Origin: a virus
Lineage: Duplodnaviria > Caudoviricetes
DNA length: 64,000 nt
IMG/VR virus record: IMGVR_UViG_2617271113_000004
Coordinates: 64,001 to 128,000 of that record
Strand: one strand, 5' to 3'
In this document: in pieces, positions 30,687-40,996 of the stretch
How positions within the stretch are numbered: position 1 is the stretch's first letter
How the letters are laid out: each line of letters opens with the position of its first letter
The notes under the pieces: generated by a model
Seen by the model: only the letters and a program-made list of their open reading frames with translations
Database searches by the model: none
Told to the model about the DNA's origin: nothing
Translations under genes and position numbers: made by a program

Positions 30687-32453
30687 TTAGAATGTGACCG
30701 ACCAAGTAATTCGCATACCAGTATTTGCATCTTTTGTAACAGGACCTATACCTGATATGTTAAACATTTTACTAGTTGAAGCCTCTTTCTCATCAAACAT
30801 GGCTACTTGGTATATTTCATGAGCTTCTTTGTTAAAGAAGTAAGTGATTACAACATTATCGCCACTTACAACACTATCTACATCGACTCTTTTTCCGTCT
30901 GCTTGTACATTAAATATTTCAGCATTTCCGTTTCTAGTTACTGAACTAACCTCAAATGATCCTTCTTTCGTTTTTGAAATAGCATTACTCAAAATAAAAG
31001 TTGATTCACCAGAAGATGTGAACGTTTCTGTTTTTTCTGTTCTTACAGCTCCTGGAACTCCTTTTGGAAAGTCAGCTATAAATTTTACTACGGTACCAGA
31101 ATTTACTTTATACTCAATTGTTAATTGCCCTGGCGTATGCACTGGGACACCATTACTTGGGTTTGAACTAAATTGCATAATTCCTGCATTTGCGTTCATC
31201 ATCCAAACATCACCAGATCCAATTCTCATACCACGATCTTGGATATTATAGGATACCACTTCATTTGTATTAGCATCTTCATGAACAACTCGAACTAACT
31301 CAACAATCGGAGCTGTACTCAACTGATAATTAAGATGCAAGTTATTATCTTGAACTTTTACTTCAACCTGATATTCATTACCATCCATAGGAATTTCAGT
31401 AAATTCAACTGTTGCAGCATTGGCATCTTTGATTGCAATATCATCCCCTACAACAAGGTCTTGATCTACTTCTTCACCTTCACCAGCTAATTTTTTTGCT
31501 GATATGATTTCTAAGAGTTTCTTTCCATTAACATCCAATGGATACACAACATCAATATTTGTGTCTCCATCCTTATCTCCAGATACAAAATTAGCAGTAA
31601 TATTCTTAGTGGCCATTGGTATTGTAGGCAATACCTCCAATTCTGGCTTACCTTCTTCAATAACAGAAGGATATAATACAGGCATTCTTGCATTTTCAAA
31701 CTCATTATCCATTCTAATTAAGGCCTTGTCCATTTGAGAGAATGAAACTGGCTGGTGCTCAGGATGGCTCTCCGGTTTACCGCCTAGCCCCATAAATCCA
31801 AGACCATACTGCTTCAAGTAGCTATAAGAAACCTCTACATTGGATTTAGATGTTTGAAAGCTAATTTCTCCAGTTGAATAGTTTATTGCATATTGTTTAT
31901 TAGTATCGTTAGGTACATTTGCTCTAGTCCATTTTTCTCCATTTATAGAGACACTTTCTGTTCCTTCAATTAATTTACTCTGTTTACCCTGGAGTCCTTG
32001 ATATTTTACCGTAAGAGCAGCTTTTGGAGCTTCTCTAAACTCAATAACCCCAACTTCAGCGTCTTTAATAAATACATCCTCATTTATAACTAAACTATTA
32101 TCTCCAACTTGAACTGACAGTAATTCTGTAACGTCTTTCATATCAGTTATATTAAATGTTTTTTCCGTATTCGTTGATAATATGTCTTGACTGGCACTTT
32201 TTATTGATTCAGGTTGTATCTTCATATTATAAACAAAATAGCCTTCTTCGTTTGAGATACTATTTGTTTCACCTTTTTCAGTTTCTAAAACTCGACTTGT
32301 CTTAGCTGGGTTTGACATCATATTTGCAACTATTTCATTAGCACTCGTAACAACCAAATTCTTTTTTTCTTTAGTAAAAAAGATACCTTCTTCATTATAT
32401 AATTCAAGTTTTACATTTCCTTTGGGATTCATTGCACTGACATCATTTAGCAT
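30687..32453 (-). CDS. Fibre/appendage structural protein, paralog A
   Basis: PKGNV..NLVV N-terminus and TKDANTGMRITWSV C-terminus; internal beta-sandwich repeats. Confidence 0.6.
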   Translation of the reverse strand: MLNDVSAMNPKGNVKLELYNEEGIFFTKEKKNLVVTSANEIVANMMSNPAKTSRVLETEKGETNSISNEEGYFVYNMKIQPESIKSASQDILSTNTEKTFNITDMKDVTELLSVQVGDNSLVINEDVFIKDAEVGVIEFREAPKAALTVKYQGLQGKQSKLIEGTESVSINGEKWTRANVPNDTNKQYAINYSTGEISFQTSKSNVEVSYSYLKQYGLGFMGLGGKPESHPEHQPVSFSQMDKALIRMDNEFENARMPVLYPSVIEEGKPELEVLPTIPMATKNITANFVSGDKDGDTNIDVVYPLDVNGKKLLEIISAKKLAGEGEEVDQDLVVGDDIAIKDANAATVEFTEIPMDGNEYQVEVKVQDNNLHLNYQLSTAPIVELVRVVHEDANTNEVVSYNIQDRGMRIGSGDVWMMNANAGIMQFSSNPSNGVPVHTPGQLTIEYKVNSGTVVKFIADFPKGVPGAVRTEKTETFTSSGESTFILSNAISKTKEGSFEVSSVTRNGNAEIFNVQADGKRVDVDSVVSGDNVVITYFFNKEAHEIYQVAMFDEKEASTSKMFNISGIGPVTKDANTGMRITWSVTF

Positions 32454-32477
32454 GTGAACACCTCATAACCTTTTTAA

Positions 32478-34589
32478 TTATTTGCCACCTTGAAATGGAT
32501 CTCCGTTCTCATTAGTTAGTGTTATTGTCCAAGTAACACGTAAACCAGTTGCAAGATCTTTTCGTGCTTCTCCTACTCGAACTAGAGAAAATGCTTTAAC
32601 AGGATAACCTGTAAATCCCTTAATATGATCATCCATTCTAGGACCATCAAACAGTCCCATTTCACGAATAGTTACACTACTATTTGGAACATTTTCTTCA
32701 AATTCAGCTACAAACTGAACACTACCTTTATCTAAAGCGTACCAAGGATACTCATTCACATCTTTTGGTTTTAATACAACTTGTCTTGAATAATTTGTGG
32801 GAACTCCTGGCTTTTCATCAGAGTAATAATATAACTCCAAGTTCGTTAAGATTTCATTGTTCATTAATTCCTGACTTATTAATACTGTTTTATTTGATGT
32901 GTCCTCAGGATCTAATACATAAACGTTATTAGTTCGAAGTTCTTGTATGTCTTCTTTAAATTTAAGAATAGATTTATTTTGATCTAACAATAGTAATTCT
33001 TTGGAAGGGTTAATAGTATAATCTGTCTCTAGAACATTCACTGTTTTTGTAATGTCATAATCTACAGTGATTACACTTCCCTCAGCTGGGGCAGATCCAA
33101 AATAAATGTAAGCATAATCGTCATATGAATTTAATTTATATTCATCACTACGGATTCCTTCGCTAATTACATTTCCGTCTACTTTCACAGTAATTGTTTC
33201 AATTCTTCCAAACGAAAGATCAAATCTTCTATTGGAACCATTTAAATCTCCAGATGGTGTCTCTCCTATAACCTGTAGTTCAATATCTTTTGTTATTAGG
33301 TTAGACACTTTTTCATCTTGCATAATTTGACCTGTAGTTTCGAATGATACCATCAACCCAGTCAATGCTCGATTGAAATATGCTTTTCCATAACGCTCGT
33401 CCATGTAATATTTACCTTCGGCAACTTCATCTAATGTCTCCACTTTTTCTAGTTTTACACTATTATAAGAGATTGCAACTGAACCTGGTTTAACAGGAGC
33501 ATGTTCCAATTGAATAGTATAAGGGGCAACTGAAGTTGTGTTATAAGCAGTTGGCGTTATAAATTTATTAGTGAAGTTTTCAAATTCATGAATCAGACCA
33601 TTCATATCTTTACTAAATGCATCCCATTTTAATCCGTTAATCGAAACAACAGGATTTGTTACAGTTGCATCTGCACCAGTGAATTTAATACTCACGTTTG
33701 ACTGCTCTTCCTGATTTAAATTTTCGATCAAGAGATGATTTTCAGATACTTCTCCATCCGCTAAATCAGTGTCTAATGTCTCTATCGTTGTCTCTAATAC
33801 ATCATTTATAAAAACACCAATTTGTCCTCCATTATTGCTCGTTTGATACAATAATTCGAAATTGCTTATTTTCTGAGTAAATGTAATCTCATCGTTAACC
33901 TGAGTAGTTTGTTTTATCTCATCACCAGTGAATGAACCAGTATAAGTTAACCTTTCGTCTGCTAGTGATACATCATAATTTACACCATCACCTAAACCGA
34001 TAAACAAGTTTGAAAAAGTAGAGTAGATTTCTGCAGATAATGGTGCAGTTGATGCATTAGCAGCAGAGTGCAAACTAAAAGCCTTTTGGTTCGGTTCTAC
34101 TGATGGCTCCTCTTTCAAATACAATGTATTTGGATAATATGAATATTCAATATTAAATTCTTCATCATCAACTACATTCCATATATCGTTAGGGTGACTT
34201 ACAATAATATTTGTATCATTTTCAACTTCAGTTATTTTATCAACCGACAAATGATACACCTTGCTTGAATCTGACCTAAGAGTTCTATTCTTATATAAAA
34301 CTCGTGATGGATCTCCGCTAAATGCACGAAGTAAAATTTCTTCTGCACCATCCACCACCAAGTTAGGCTGATCGGCAAGGACTCCTACAACCTCTCCATT
34401 TGAGTTAATTTCTTCTATTTGAATATGACCTTTAGGTTTCATTGAAAATTCATCATGTAAACCTTCACGGCCTTTGTTGTTAGTTCTTTTTTGAAGAAGA
34501 TTTAACTTATTTACAACACTATTTTTCTTAGGACCATCGGGTAAAGATGCAATTAATTTTTTAATACGTTCAAAATTCAAAACCAACAC
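32478..34589 (-). CDS. Fibre/appendage structural protein, paralog B
   Basis: PKGHI..NLVV and IREMGLF..RKDLATGLRVTWTI; paralog of the adjacent ORF. Confidence 0.6.
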   Translation of the reverse strand: MLVLNFERIKKLIASLPDGPKKNSVVNKLNLLQKRTNNKGREGLHDEFSMKPKGHIQIEEINSNGEVVGVLADQPNLVVDGAEEILLRAFSGDPSRVLYKNRTLRSDSSKVYHLSVDKITEVENDTNIIVSHPNDIWNVVDDEEFNIEYSYYPNTLYLKEEPSVEPNQKAFSLHSAANASTAPLSAEIYSTFSNLFIGLGDGVNYDVSLADERLTYTGSFTGDEIKQTTQVNDEITFTQKISNFELLYQTSNNGGQIGVFINDVLETTIETLDTDLADGEVSENHLLIENLNQEEQSNVSIKFTGADATVTNPVVSINGLKWDAFSKDMNGLIHEFENFTNKFITPTAYNTTSVAPYTIQLEHAPVKPGSVAISYNSVKLEKVETLDEVAEGKYYMDERYGKAYFNRALTGLMVSFETTGQIMQDEKVSNLITKDIELQVIGETPSGDLNGSNRRFDLSFGRIETITVKVDGNVISEGIRSDEYKLNSYDDYAYIYFGSAPAEGSVITVDYDITKTVNVLETDYTINPSKELLLLDQNKSILKFKEDIQELRTNNVYVLDPEDTSNKTVLISQELMNNEILTNLELYYYSDEKPGVPTNYSRQVVLKPKDVNEYPWYALDKGSVQFVAEFEENVPNSSVTIREMGLFDGPRMDDHIKGFTGYPVKAFSLVRVGEARKDLATGLRVTWTITLTNENGDPFQGGK

Positions 34590-34616
34590 CTCGCATTATT
34601 TTTAAAGGAATCATGT

Positions 34617-36539
34617 TTATTGCCCTTTTAGGGTATTTGTTCCTAATATAAAATCTCCTAATGTTATATCTCCATTTAAATCACCTAGAAAATAAACTAC
34701 GGACTCTTCTTCAGTCAGCGTGTATATATCATATGGCATTGGCAGCACTTCAGACTCTAAATGATCTTTTATCTTTCTAATACTTTGATCATAAATATTT
34801 GTTTTATAAGTATTTATAAAATCTCCATCAACGGATAACAGCATAGAATGATTAAGTTTAGAATAATCTACAGTTATATCTAAAGTGCTATGATCATATA
34901 GCATAATCTTTTGTAATGCTTTTCTTATAAAATCATATCTAGATGATTCTATATCTAAATTTTCTTCCAATTGAAGTTCCTTGATTTCTACTTCATTATT
35001 CTTATTTGTTATTGAAGACACTAAAATTGAATCAATCACTTCTAAAAGAAAAGATTCTTGATATTGTTTATAATTATTGGTAGAAATAATTGAAGATCTA
35101 TCTTTGAAAGAACTAATATATGAACTCTCTAAACTGTTGCAAACGTTATTGTGCTCTAATACAGTAACTTCATAGGTCGTTGTTTCTTTATCCAATTGTA
35201 CAGCCGTATTGAGTTTTTTTCTTTTAATTGTTAAATTCTCGTGAATATTAGAAAGGACTTCAATAAATTCAGTCGGAGCATAATCTATCCATAGCCCGAT
35301 TTTACTTTCAATTAATGGCGTAAGGATCAAATCAGAAAAATCGACATGGTATTCAACATCTCTTTTTTTACAGTCATCTAAGAGTAAATCAATAATATCT
35401 TTTATTAAAATGTGCCTTTCATTCTCTTTTTCTTTTATAAGTTCGTATTGGCCTATTTGTTCTACAGTATCTACATTGTTTATATCATGCATCTCATGAT
35501 TTAACTGAAGTTCCTGCTGATCAACAATCAAGAACGGTAAGTAAATGTCACTCAAAACGCTTTTAAACAAGTTATAGAATTGCTCATTTTTTTTGTATAC
35601 AATTTCCTCATAGACGATAGGCTCTGATATTAATTTTACAGCATCATTTATACAAGACACAAAGCTATCATTAAGCTCAGAGTTATATAAGCTGGTAATT
35701 ATAGCGTTTTTTATCTCTAGTTCATATATGCCTTGTAAAAGAATAGTTATTTCTTCTTCATTTCTCAAGATTGCTTCATATTCCGTCTCCTGAATAATGC
35801 GATCTAACTGATCATCCAGGAAAGACTCTAAAAGGATAGCAACGAAATCCTCTTGGTCCTCATTAAAACGATCTAATAATTTGTAACTTCTAACTAATTC
35901 AGCAAAGTAATTAACCGAACCAATTAAATCCTCATGTAAACCTTTTTTAATCGAAGATGATATAAGAGAGTTGACCTCTTCAATTACTGTTGATTTATTA
36001 TACTTTTTATCATAATTCCTATTTAATAAAGGAGTTTTATCTTTAAATAATACTTGAATAGCATCTTCAACTGTTGAATTAATCGTATACTCTAAATTTG
36101 AATCATTTGCTGTTAAAAGCACATCAATGATGTCATGAAGTAACTCAAATAGTATCGTTTCATTATCGATTCCTTTAATGTTTGAATAGACCCAATCGCT
36201 TACTTTCGTATTAGATACTCCTCTAATACGAAAATGATTAAAGTCGTTAGCATCAACTTCATTAAAATGTTTATGAGTAACCCAATGGGATTCCTTCACT
36301 CCATGTGTGGCCATTGATAATTTGGAGCGAAGGCGGAATATATCCTTGTTTGGGTTATAATTTTCTTCTGAAATGCCTGTATCTATAATCTTCCTGTGTA
36401 GTGTAAAAAGTTCTTGATTATTTAAATCGATAGCCTTAAGACGGAGATATTGATTGTTGAACTCAGGTTGAAAAGTGAACGTTTTAAATAATCGATCAAT
36501 ATGTGAGTCCTTTACAGGTTGATTTCTCACCTTGCTCAC
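34617..36539 (-). CDS. Hypothetical acidic virion protein
   Basis: 640-aa ORF in the structural operon. Confidence 0.6.
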   Translation of the reverse strand: MSKVRNQPVKDSHIDRLFKTFTFQPEFNNQYLRLKAIDLNNQELFTLHRKIIDTGISEENYNPNKDIFRLRSKLSMATHGVKESHWVTHKHFNEVDANDFNHFRIRGVSNTKVSDWVYSNIKGIDNETILFELLHDIIDVLLTANDSNLEYTINSTVEDAIQVLFKDKTPLLNRNYDKKYNKSTVIEEVNSLISSSIKKGLHEDLIGSVNYFAELVRSYKLLDRFNEDQEDFVAILLESFLDDQLDRIIQETEYEAILRNEEEITILLQGIYELEIKNAIITSLYNSELNDSFVSCINDAVKLISEPIVYEEIVYKKNEQFYNLFKSVLSDIYLPFLIVDQQELQLNHEMHDINNVDTVEQIGQYELIKEKENERHILIKDIIDLLLDDCKKRDVEYHVDFSDLILTPLIESKIGLWIDYAPTEFIEVLSNIHENLTIKRKKLNTAVQLDKETTTYEVTVLEHNNVCNSLESSYISSFKDRSSIISTNNYKQYQESFLLEVIDSILVSSITNKNNEVEIKELQLEENLDIESSRYDFIRKALQKIMLYDHSTLDITVDYSKLNHSMLLSVDGDFINTYKTNIYDQSIRKIKDHLESEVLPMPYDIYTLTEEESVVYFLGDLNGDITLGDFILGTNTLKGQ

Positions 36540-36548
36540 CTCTGTTCA

Positions 36549-37091
36549 TTACTTAGATTCTTTAGATTCACTTTTCTTTTTGGTTTGCTTTTTCGTATTT
36601 TTCTTTGGAGCTTGTTTTTCTTCTGTTTTCTTTTCTTCCTCTTTTTCCTGATTAGTGTCTTCTACTACGATCTCATTATTTTCTTCTACATCTAATGCAG
36701 TTGCTTCTACCTGTTGAGCACCTGGTTCTCCGCTACCTTCACCTGTTCCTGGTTCCGGATCTGGTTCCGGATCTGGCTCCGGATCTGGCTCCTGAGGTAC
36801 TTCTGGAATTGCTACACTATTATTTTGCACAGAGTCAATTCGTTCTTGTGCTTTTCTACGTAAGATATCATACTTGGACATCCATTTATTTAAAGTGGCA
36901 TCTGGAAATTTACCTTCATACAAAATCAATGCGGGAACATGTGCGCAGCAAGCATTACAAATACCTGTTAAATCTGTTGAGTCGTTATAGAATATTTTTT
37001 GTACAGGATTATCTAGAGTAATATATGTGTTTGTTTTTTCATCATAAAACCCACTCTTATTTCGTGCTAAACCAACTTTTAGATATTTCAT
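36549..37091 (-). CDS. Hypothetical head-associated protein with PD/PE linker and Lys-rich tail
   Basis: ORF after the capsid gene with RBS; (PDPE)n. Confidence 0.6.
   Translation of the reverse strand: MKYLKVGLARNKSGFYDEKTNTYITLDNPVQKIFYNDSTDLTGICNACCAHVPALILYEGKFPDATLNKWMSKYDILRRKAQERIDSVQNNSVAIPEVPQEPDPEPDPEPDPEPGTGEGSGEPGAQQVEATALDVEENNEIVVEDTNQEKEEEKKTEEKQAPKKNTKKQTKKKSESKESK
36749..36792. repeat. 12-bp tandem repeat CTGGYTCCGGAT, about 3.7 copies (encodes PDPE)
   Basis: Directly visible. Confidence 0.9.
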
Positions 37092-37116
37092 GTTTTGTAA
37101 TATCCTCCTTTAAATT

Positions 37117-37149
37117 AAAAGGACGAGCAACCTCTTATCGCTCGCCCTT
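37117..37149 (-). terminator. Intrinsic terminator after the major capsid gene
   Basis: AAGGGCGAGC...GCTCGTCCTTTT on the minus strand. Confidence 0.7.
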
Positions 37150-37179
37150 CGGGTGTTTGTGGTTTCTATATATTTTTAA

Positions 37180-38262
37180 TTAAACTACTTTAACTCTTTC
37201 TGGAATTGGATATGATTTTTCAAAGTTAATGTTTCTTGCAGCTGCTACTGCTTTACCTTCATTTAGGACACCAACACCATAACGTTCTTTAACTTTAATG
37301 GTTTGAATATCACGCATTGGATCATCGAATTGTTCTGTCGATAACGGGTCTTTTTCAAGTAAGATTCCGATATTGTTACGATCCACCACATACATATCGA
37401 ACTTCTTCTGTTCATGATTAAATGGAGCAAACGGTGTAAAGTTTAGATTAATTGCAAATGGTATACGACCTTGTACTTGATCTGGTTTAATTGCAAGGTT
37501 AGTTACTTGAGAACCACCTAATGCAGCATGTGTAAGACTGTTCATAATATCATTTTTGAAGAATACAGACCACGTTAATGGATGCATAATAATATCCGTT
37601 GGATTGTATCCATTAGCCATGACAGCAATAAACATATCAATTAAATCTTCTGTAGATAATGTATTATTAGGGTTTCCTTCAAAGTCTAGTCCACTTGTAC
37701 CTGCTTCTTTATAATCCTGGCGGATATCGTTATTAAATACAGTATGTCCATGTGCTGAAAATTGTCTGAAGATCTTCTCTTCTTTCAAACGAGACATAGC
37801 TGATCCAGCTTGACGTAACAAAATTCCAATAACATCCCATTGCGAATCACTAATCATTTCATCAGTTACACGAACAACCATACCTGATTTACCAACTTTA
37901 ACCTCTTGTGTACGGTGTAGTTGGAAATCTGGAGATTCTTCTAGGTAACTTTGAGACTCACCAATATCATGTGCTCTCATAGCTCCAATGGAAGGAAACT
38001 CAATAGAACGTCCCTCAGTTAATCGAACTTTCTGAAGCAAGTCTGAACCAATATAGTTTGGTTCAGCAGCTTCTCGCATCATGCCAGTTACTACTCGTGG
38101 AAGTAAAATCTTAGCATCTTGTGTACTTAATGCTTCTTTAACAGTAACAAGTTTTTCTTTTGGAATCTGTGTTAAATCTTCTTCTAAGTTAAGTTGAGTC
38201 TCCATGCGTTCCAAGATATTTTTAGACTCTTCGCTCAGCTCTAAGTTTTCTGTATTGTACAT
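37180..38262 (-). CDS. Major capsid protein (HK97 fold)
   Basis: LLPRVVTGMMREAAE, IGESQSY, VGKSG..VTDEMISDSQWDVI, IIMHP; follows protease and decoration genes. Confidence 0.85.
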   Translation of the reverse strand: MYNTENLELSEESKNILERMETQLNLEEDLTQIPKEKLVTVKEALSTQDAKILLPRVVTGMMREAAEPNYIGSDLLQKVRLTEGRSIEFPSIGAMRAHDIGESQSYLEESPDFQLHRTQEVKVGKSGMVVRVTDEMISDSQWDVIGILLRQAGSAMSRLKEEKIFRQFSAHGHTVFNNDIRQDYKEAGTSGLDFEGNPNNTLSTEDLIDMFIAVMANGYNPTDIIMHPLTWSVFFKNDIMNSLTHAALGGSQVTNLAIKPDQVQGRIPFAINLNFTPFAPFNHEQKKFDMYVVDRNNIGILLEKDPLSTEQFDDPMRDIQTIKVKERYGVGVLNEGKAVAAARNINFEKSYPIPERVKVV

Positions 38263-38299
38263 TCATGTTCCTCCTTAATATCTTTCATTTGCTAGTGCA

Positions 38300-39523
38300 T
38301 TACTTTTGAAGTAAAATTCGGACTGCACCGACAGAACCTTTCCAATCCCACCCAGTAGGCACACCAGGAAGTTGGCCAGTAGCTTTAAAGCTTGCTGTAA
38401 CTTCTTGTGGAGAGTTACCGGTATTATTAACTTCGAGTGTAACTAAACCAGATTCATAGTGAATGTTGGCTGGTTCTACAACTTGACCGCCAACTTTAAT
38501 CTCAACAGATCCCTCTACAAGAGGAGTTTTTTCAATGCGGTAATATTGTTTTCCGCTAGATCCAGGATTAACACTTCCTAAAAGAACATCTTTGAAAGGA
38601 ACTTCAATTCTAGAACCATTTGTCAATCCAGGAATACCTTGCGGATAATATTTACTTGATTTTGCATCAAAGTTACGATATGTTTTTTCATAAGGATATC
38701 CAGGGAACTTATTGTCTTGAATATCATCTGCTGTCATACCACTAGAGCTATCTATTTCTGCAAGCTGTTCATCTGTTGATCCTACCCACTGTAACCATCC
38801 TTGAGGAGGAAGATTAGTTTCAACTGCCCAAACTTGGCCAATCACTTGCTCTTGAAGTCTTGAAATCTCAGCAATTGCAGCAAATTTTTGATCCGCAGTC
38901 GCTTCTGTGCTTTTTAATACATCACGTTGAGCCTCAAAATCAGCTACAATTAATCGTCCATTTTCATCTGACATCACATAGTCACCGTGTTTTACCGGCT
39001 TATCGATGTCTTTGTCATAAAAACTTCCCCATTCAATCTCTTCTGCATTAGCTCTCGAAGGAATGTAAGGCAATTCAATATAAATTTCATTTTCTACTGT
39101 AGGCTGCATACCATTAAATCCATCTACAAATTCCTCATAGAGATTTCCATATGCAACACCAATCGCTTTGTTTGCTGTACGGGTATGATCTTGTCCACTT
39201 TTCCCAACTTCAAGTACATCTTTACCGCCATTAGCTAAAGTAAGAACTGGTCGCTGCACATTAGCATCAAAATCATTGATTGTTCCATTTTTGAATTCTC
39301 CACCATCATCAGTTGAAATCGCAACTGCACGACCCTTAGGAATTACGACCCATCCATCTCCACCAAAGTGATATCGAAACAATCCTTTTAGGCGTGGATC
39401 TACTAAGAATTTTTCCCCAGGTGAATCATGGGTGCCTGCTTGCAATTTAGTATTACTACGAAAATATTGATCTTTTGTATCAAGAACAGGGGTTGCACCT
39501 TTAAATAAAGCCATTTGCTTCAC
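38300..39523 (-). CDS. Head decoration/minor capsid protein
   Basis: Between protease and capsid genes; VVIPKGRAVA, IGVA, GDYVMSDENG. Confidence 0.6.
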   Translation of the reverse strand: MKQMALFKGATPVLDTKDQYFRSNTKLQAGTHDSPGEKFLVDPRLKGLFRYHFGGDGWVVIPKGRAVAISTDDGGEFKNGTINDFDANVQRPVLTLANGGKDVLEVGKSGQDHTRTANKAIGVAYGNLYEEFVDGFNGMQPTVENEIYIELPYIPSRANAEEIEWGSFYDKDIDKPVKHGDYVMSDENGRLIVADFEAQRDVLKSTEATADQKFAAIAEISRLQEQVIGQVWAVETNLPPQGWLQWVGSTDEQLAEIDSSSGMTADDIQDNKFPGYPYEKTYRNFDAKSSKYYPQGIPGLTNGSRIEVPFKDVLLGSVNPGSSGKQYYRIEKTPLVEGSVEIKVGGQVVEPANIHYESGLVTLEVNNTGNSPQEVTASFKATGQLPGVPTGWDWKGSVGAVRILLQK

Positions 39524-39541
39524 TCCTTAATTGAATTAATA

Positions 39542-40996
39542 TTACTTACCTTTGAACATTTTGGTGAATATCTTTACACTATCATCGTAAGTCATAGGAT
39601 TTTTCTTATTTTGTTCATTTACTACAGATCCAGGATTGGTAACAGTAGTATCTTTTTCAACCCTTTTTTTAGATTCATTTAGTAAATCATTTAATGTATC
39701 TTTCAATGAATCCTCTGATCGTTTCTCATGTTCAGAAACTGCTTCCTCACGATCCACCCCTATCACTTCCGATTTGCGTAGAGATAGTTTTAGATCGACT
39801 ACTTTTTCTGCTAAAGCTTTATGATTGGATTCAATCAATGTTGCTTTTTCTTGTAACAAGCGTTGCACCTCAGCTTCAGCAGTTTCAAGTTTGCTCTCCA
39901 GTTTTTGATTCTTCATGACAAACTTAGATAAGCTCTCTTGTAAGGAATTTATTTTGATCTGCGCTTCTTCTAGTTCATTAACTTCCTTGTTATTCTCAGT
40001 AATATCTTCAGAAGTTGATGATTTATCATCTGTTTCTATTGTTTCATCAACATCTTTTGTATTTTGAGATGGTTGTGTATTGTTCTCTTCAGATTCATTA
40101 GTTACATCTTCATCTGAAGTTGATTTATTTTCTGTTGTAGTGTTATCTTCATTAGTATTACTGGTCTGCAGGGTGTTTTCTTCATCCTCAAGCATATTAG
40201 TTTCACTCCCTTCTTTAACATTCGTTAGAAGATCCACCATTTGTTTTACATCCTCATTGAGATGTTCATAAAGATTAACCTCTGGATTCTCAGTGTTTTG
40301 ATATAAACCTTCTGCCATTTGAATCACTTCCATGTTTACTTGCTCATTGGTATTACTTCCTGATTCGTCTACTACTTCTACAGAGCGATTGCCTGCATTT
40401 TCGTCGGCAGGTGTATTTACATAACTCACTTCTCGACCAAATGTGTTTCCGATAATAAAATGGCATTGTTGTTCGTCATATGTGTCTCCTGGAAAATGCC
40501 CGCAATATTCTTGTGTGCGGTCAGTTCCACAAATATTACAAGTTACTTTATCGGTGGAGGCACCAATGGAAACGGTTTGATATCGACCATCAAGTACTTT
40601 CTCAACAGCATCTGGATCTGTAATTTCTACGGTAAACATAAGTCCACTCTTACCTGATAAGGTTTGTTCTGCATATTCTGCTTTCAAGATTCTACCTATT
40701 GCTTCACCGTTGTATTGATTGTGATGTGTTAATACTGGTTTATTATAGGGTTGAGTCCAAGATTTAAGACCACCTTTTAGGCCTTCTTCTGTGTAGTACG
40801 TTGAATTTCTTGTTTTCCCTACATGAATAGCTTCCATCTTAACAATAAGCTTTCGGTTCTTTTTATCTTTTGCAGACTCATTCAGCATTTTAACTGTGTC
40901 AGGTTGAATCTTACCTACTAACTTCGTGTTTTCTTCTAAAGCGTTTTTTGATACTAATTTTTTGTTTTGATGTTCTTCAATTGTATATAACATCAC
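39542..40996 (-). CDS. Prohead protease fused to scaffold (acidic linker and coiled coil)
   Basis: PVLTHH..AIGR..VLDGRYQTVSIG..EVSYVNTPAD; C-terminal coiled coil. Confidence 0.85.
   Translation of the reverse strand: MMLYTIEEHQNKKLVSKNALEENTKLVGKIQPDTVKMLNESAKDKKNRKLIVKMEAIHVGKTRNSTYYTEEGLKGGLKSWTQPYNKPVLTHHNQYNGEAIGRILKAEYAEQTLSGKSGLMFTVEITDPDAVEKVLDGRYQTVSIGASTDKVTCNICGTDRTQEYCGHFPGDTYDEQQCHFIIGNTFGREVSYVNTPADENAGNRSVEVVDESGSNTNEQVNMEVIQMAEGLYQNTENPEVNLYEHLNEDVKQMVDLLTNVKEGSETNMLEDEENTLQTSNTNEDNTTTENKSTSDEDVTNESEENNTQPSQNTKDVDETIETDDKSSTSEDITENNKEVNELEEAQIKINSLQESLSKFVMKNQKLESKLETAEAEVQRLLQEKATLIESNHKALAEKVVDLKLSLRKSEVIGVDREEAVSEHEKRSEDSLKDTLNDLLNESKKRVEKDTTVTNPGSVVNEQNKKNPMTYDDSVKIFTKMFKGK

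Noticed and set aside
36749-36792. CRISPR-like repeat
   Set aside because: Spacerless 12-bp coding repeat for a Pro-rich linker; no CRISPR array or cas gene seen in the window
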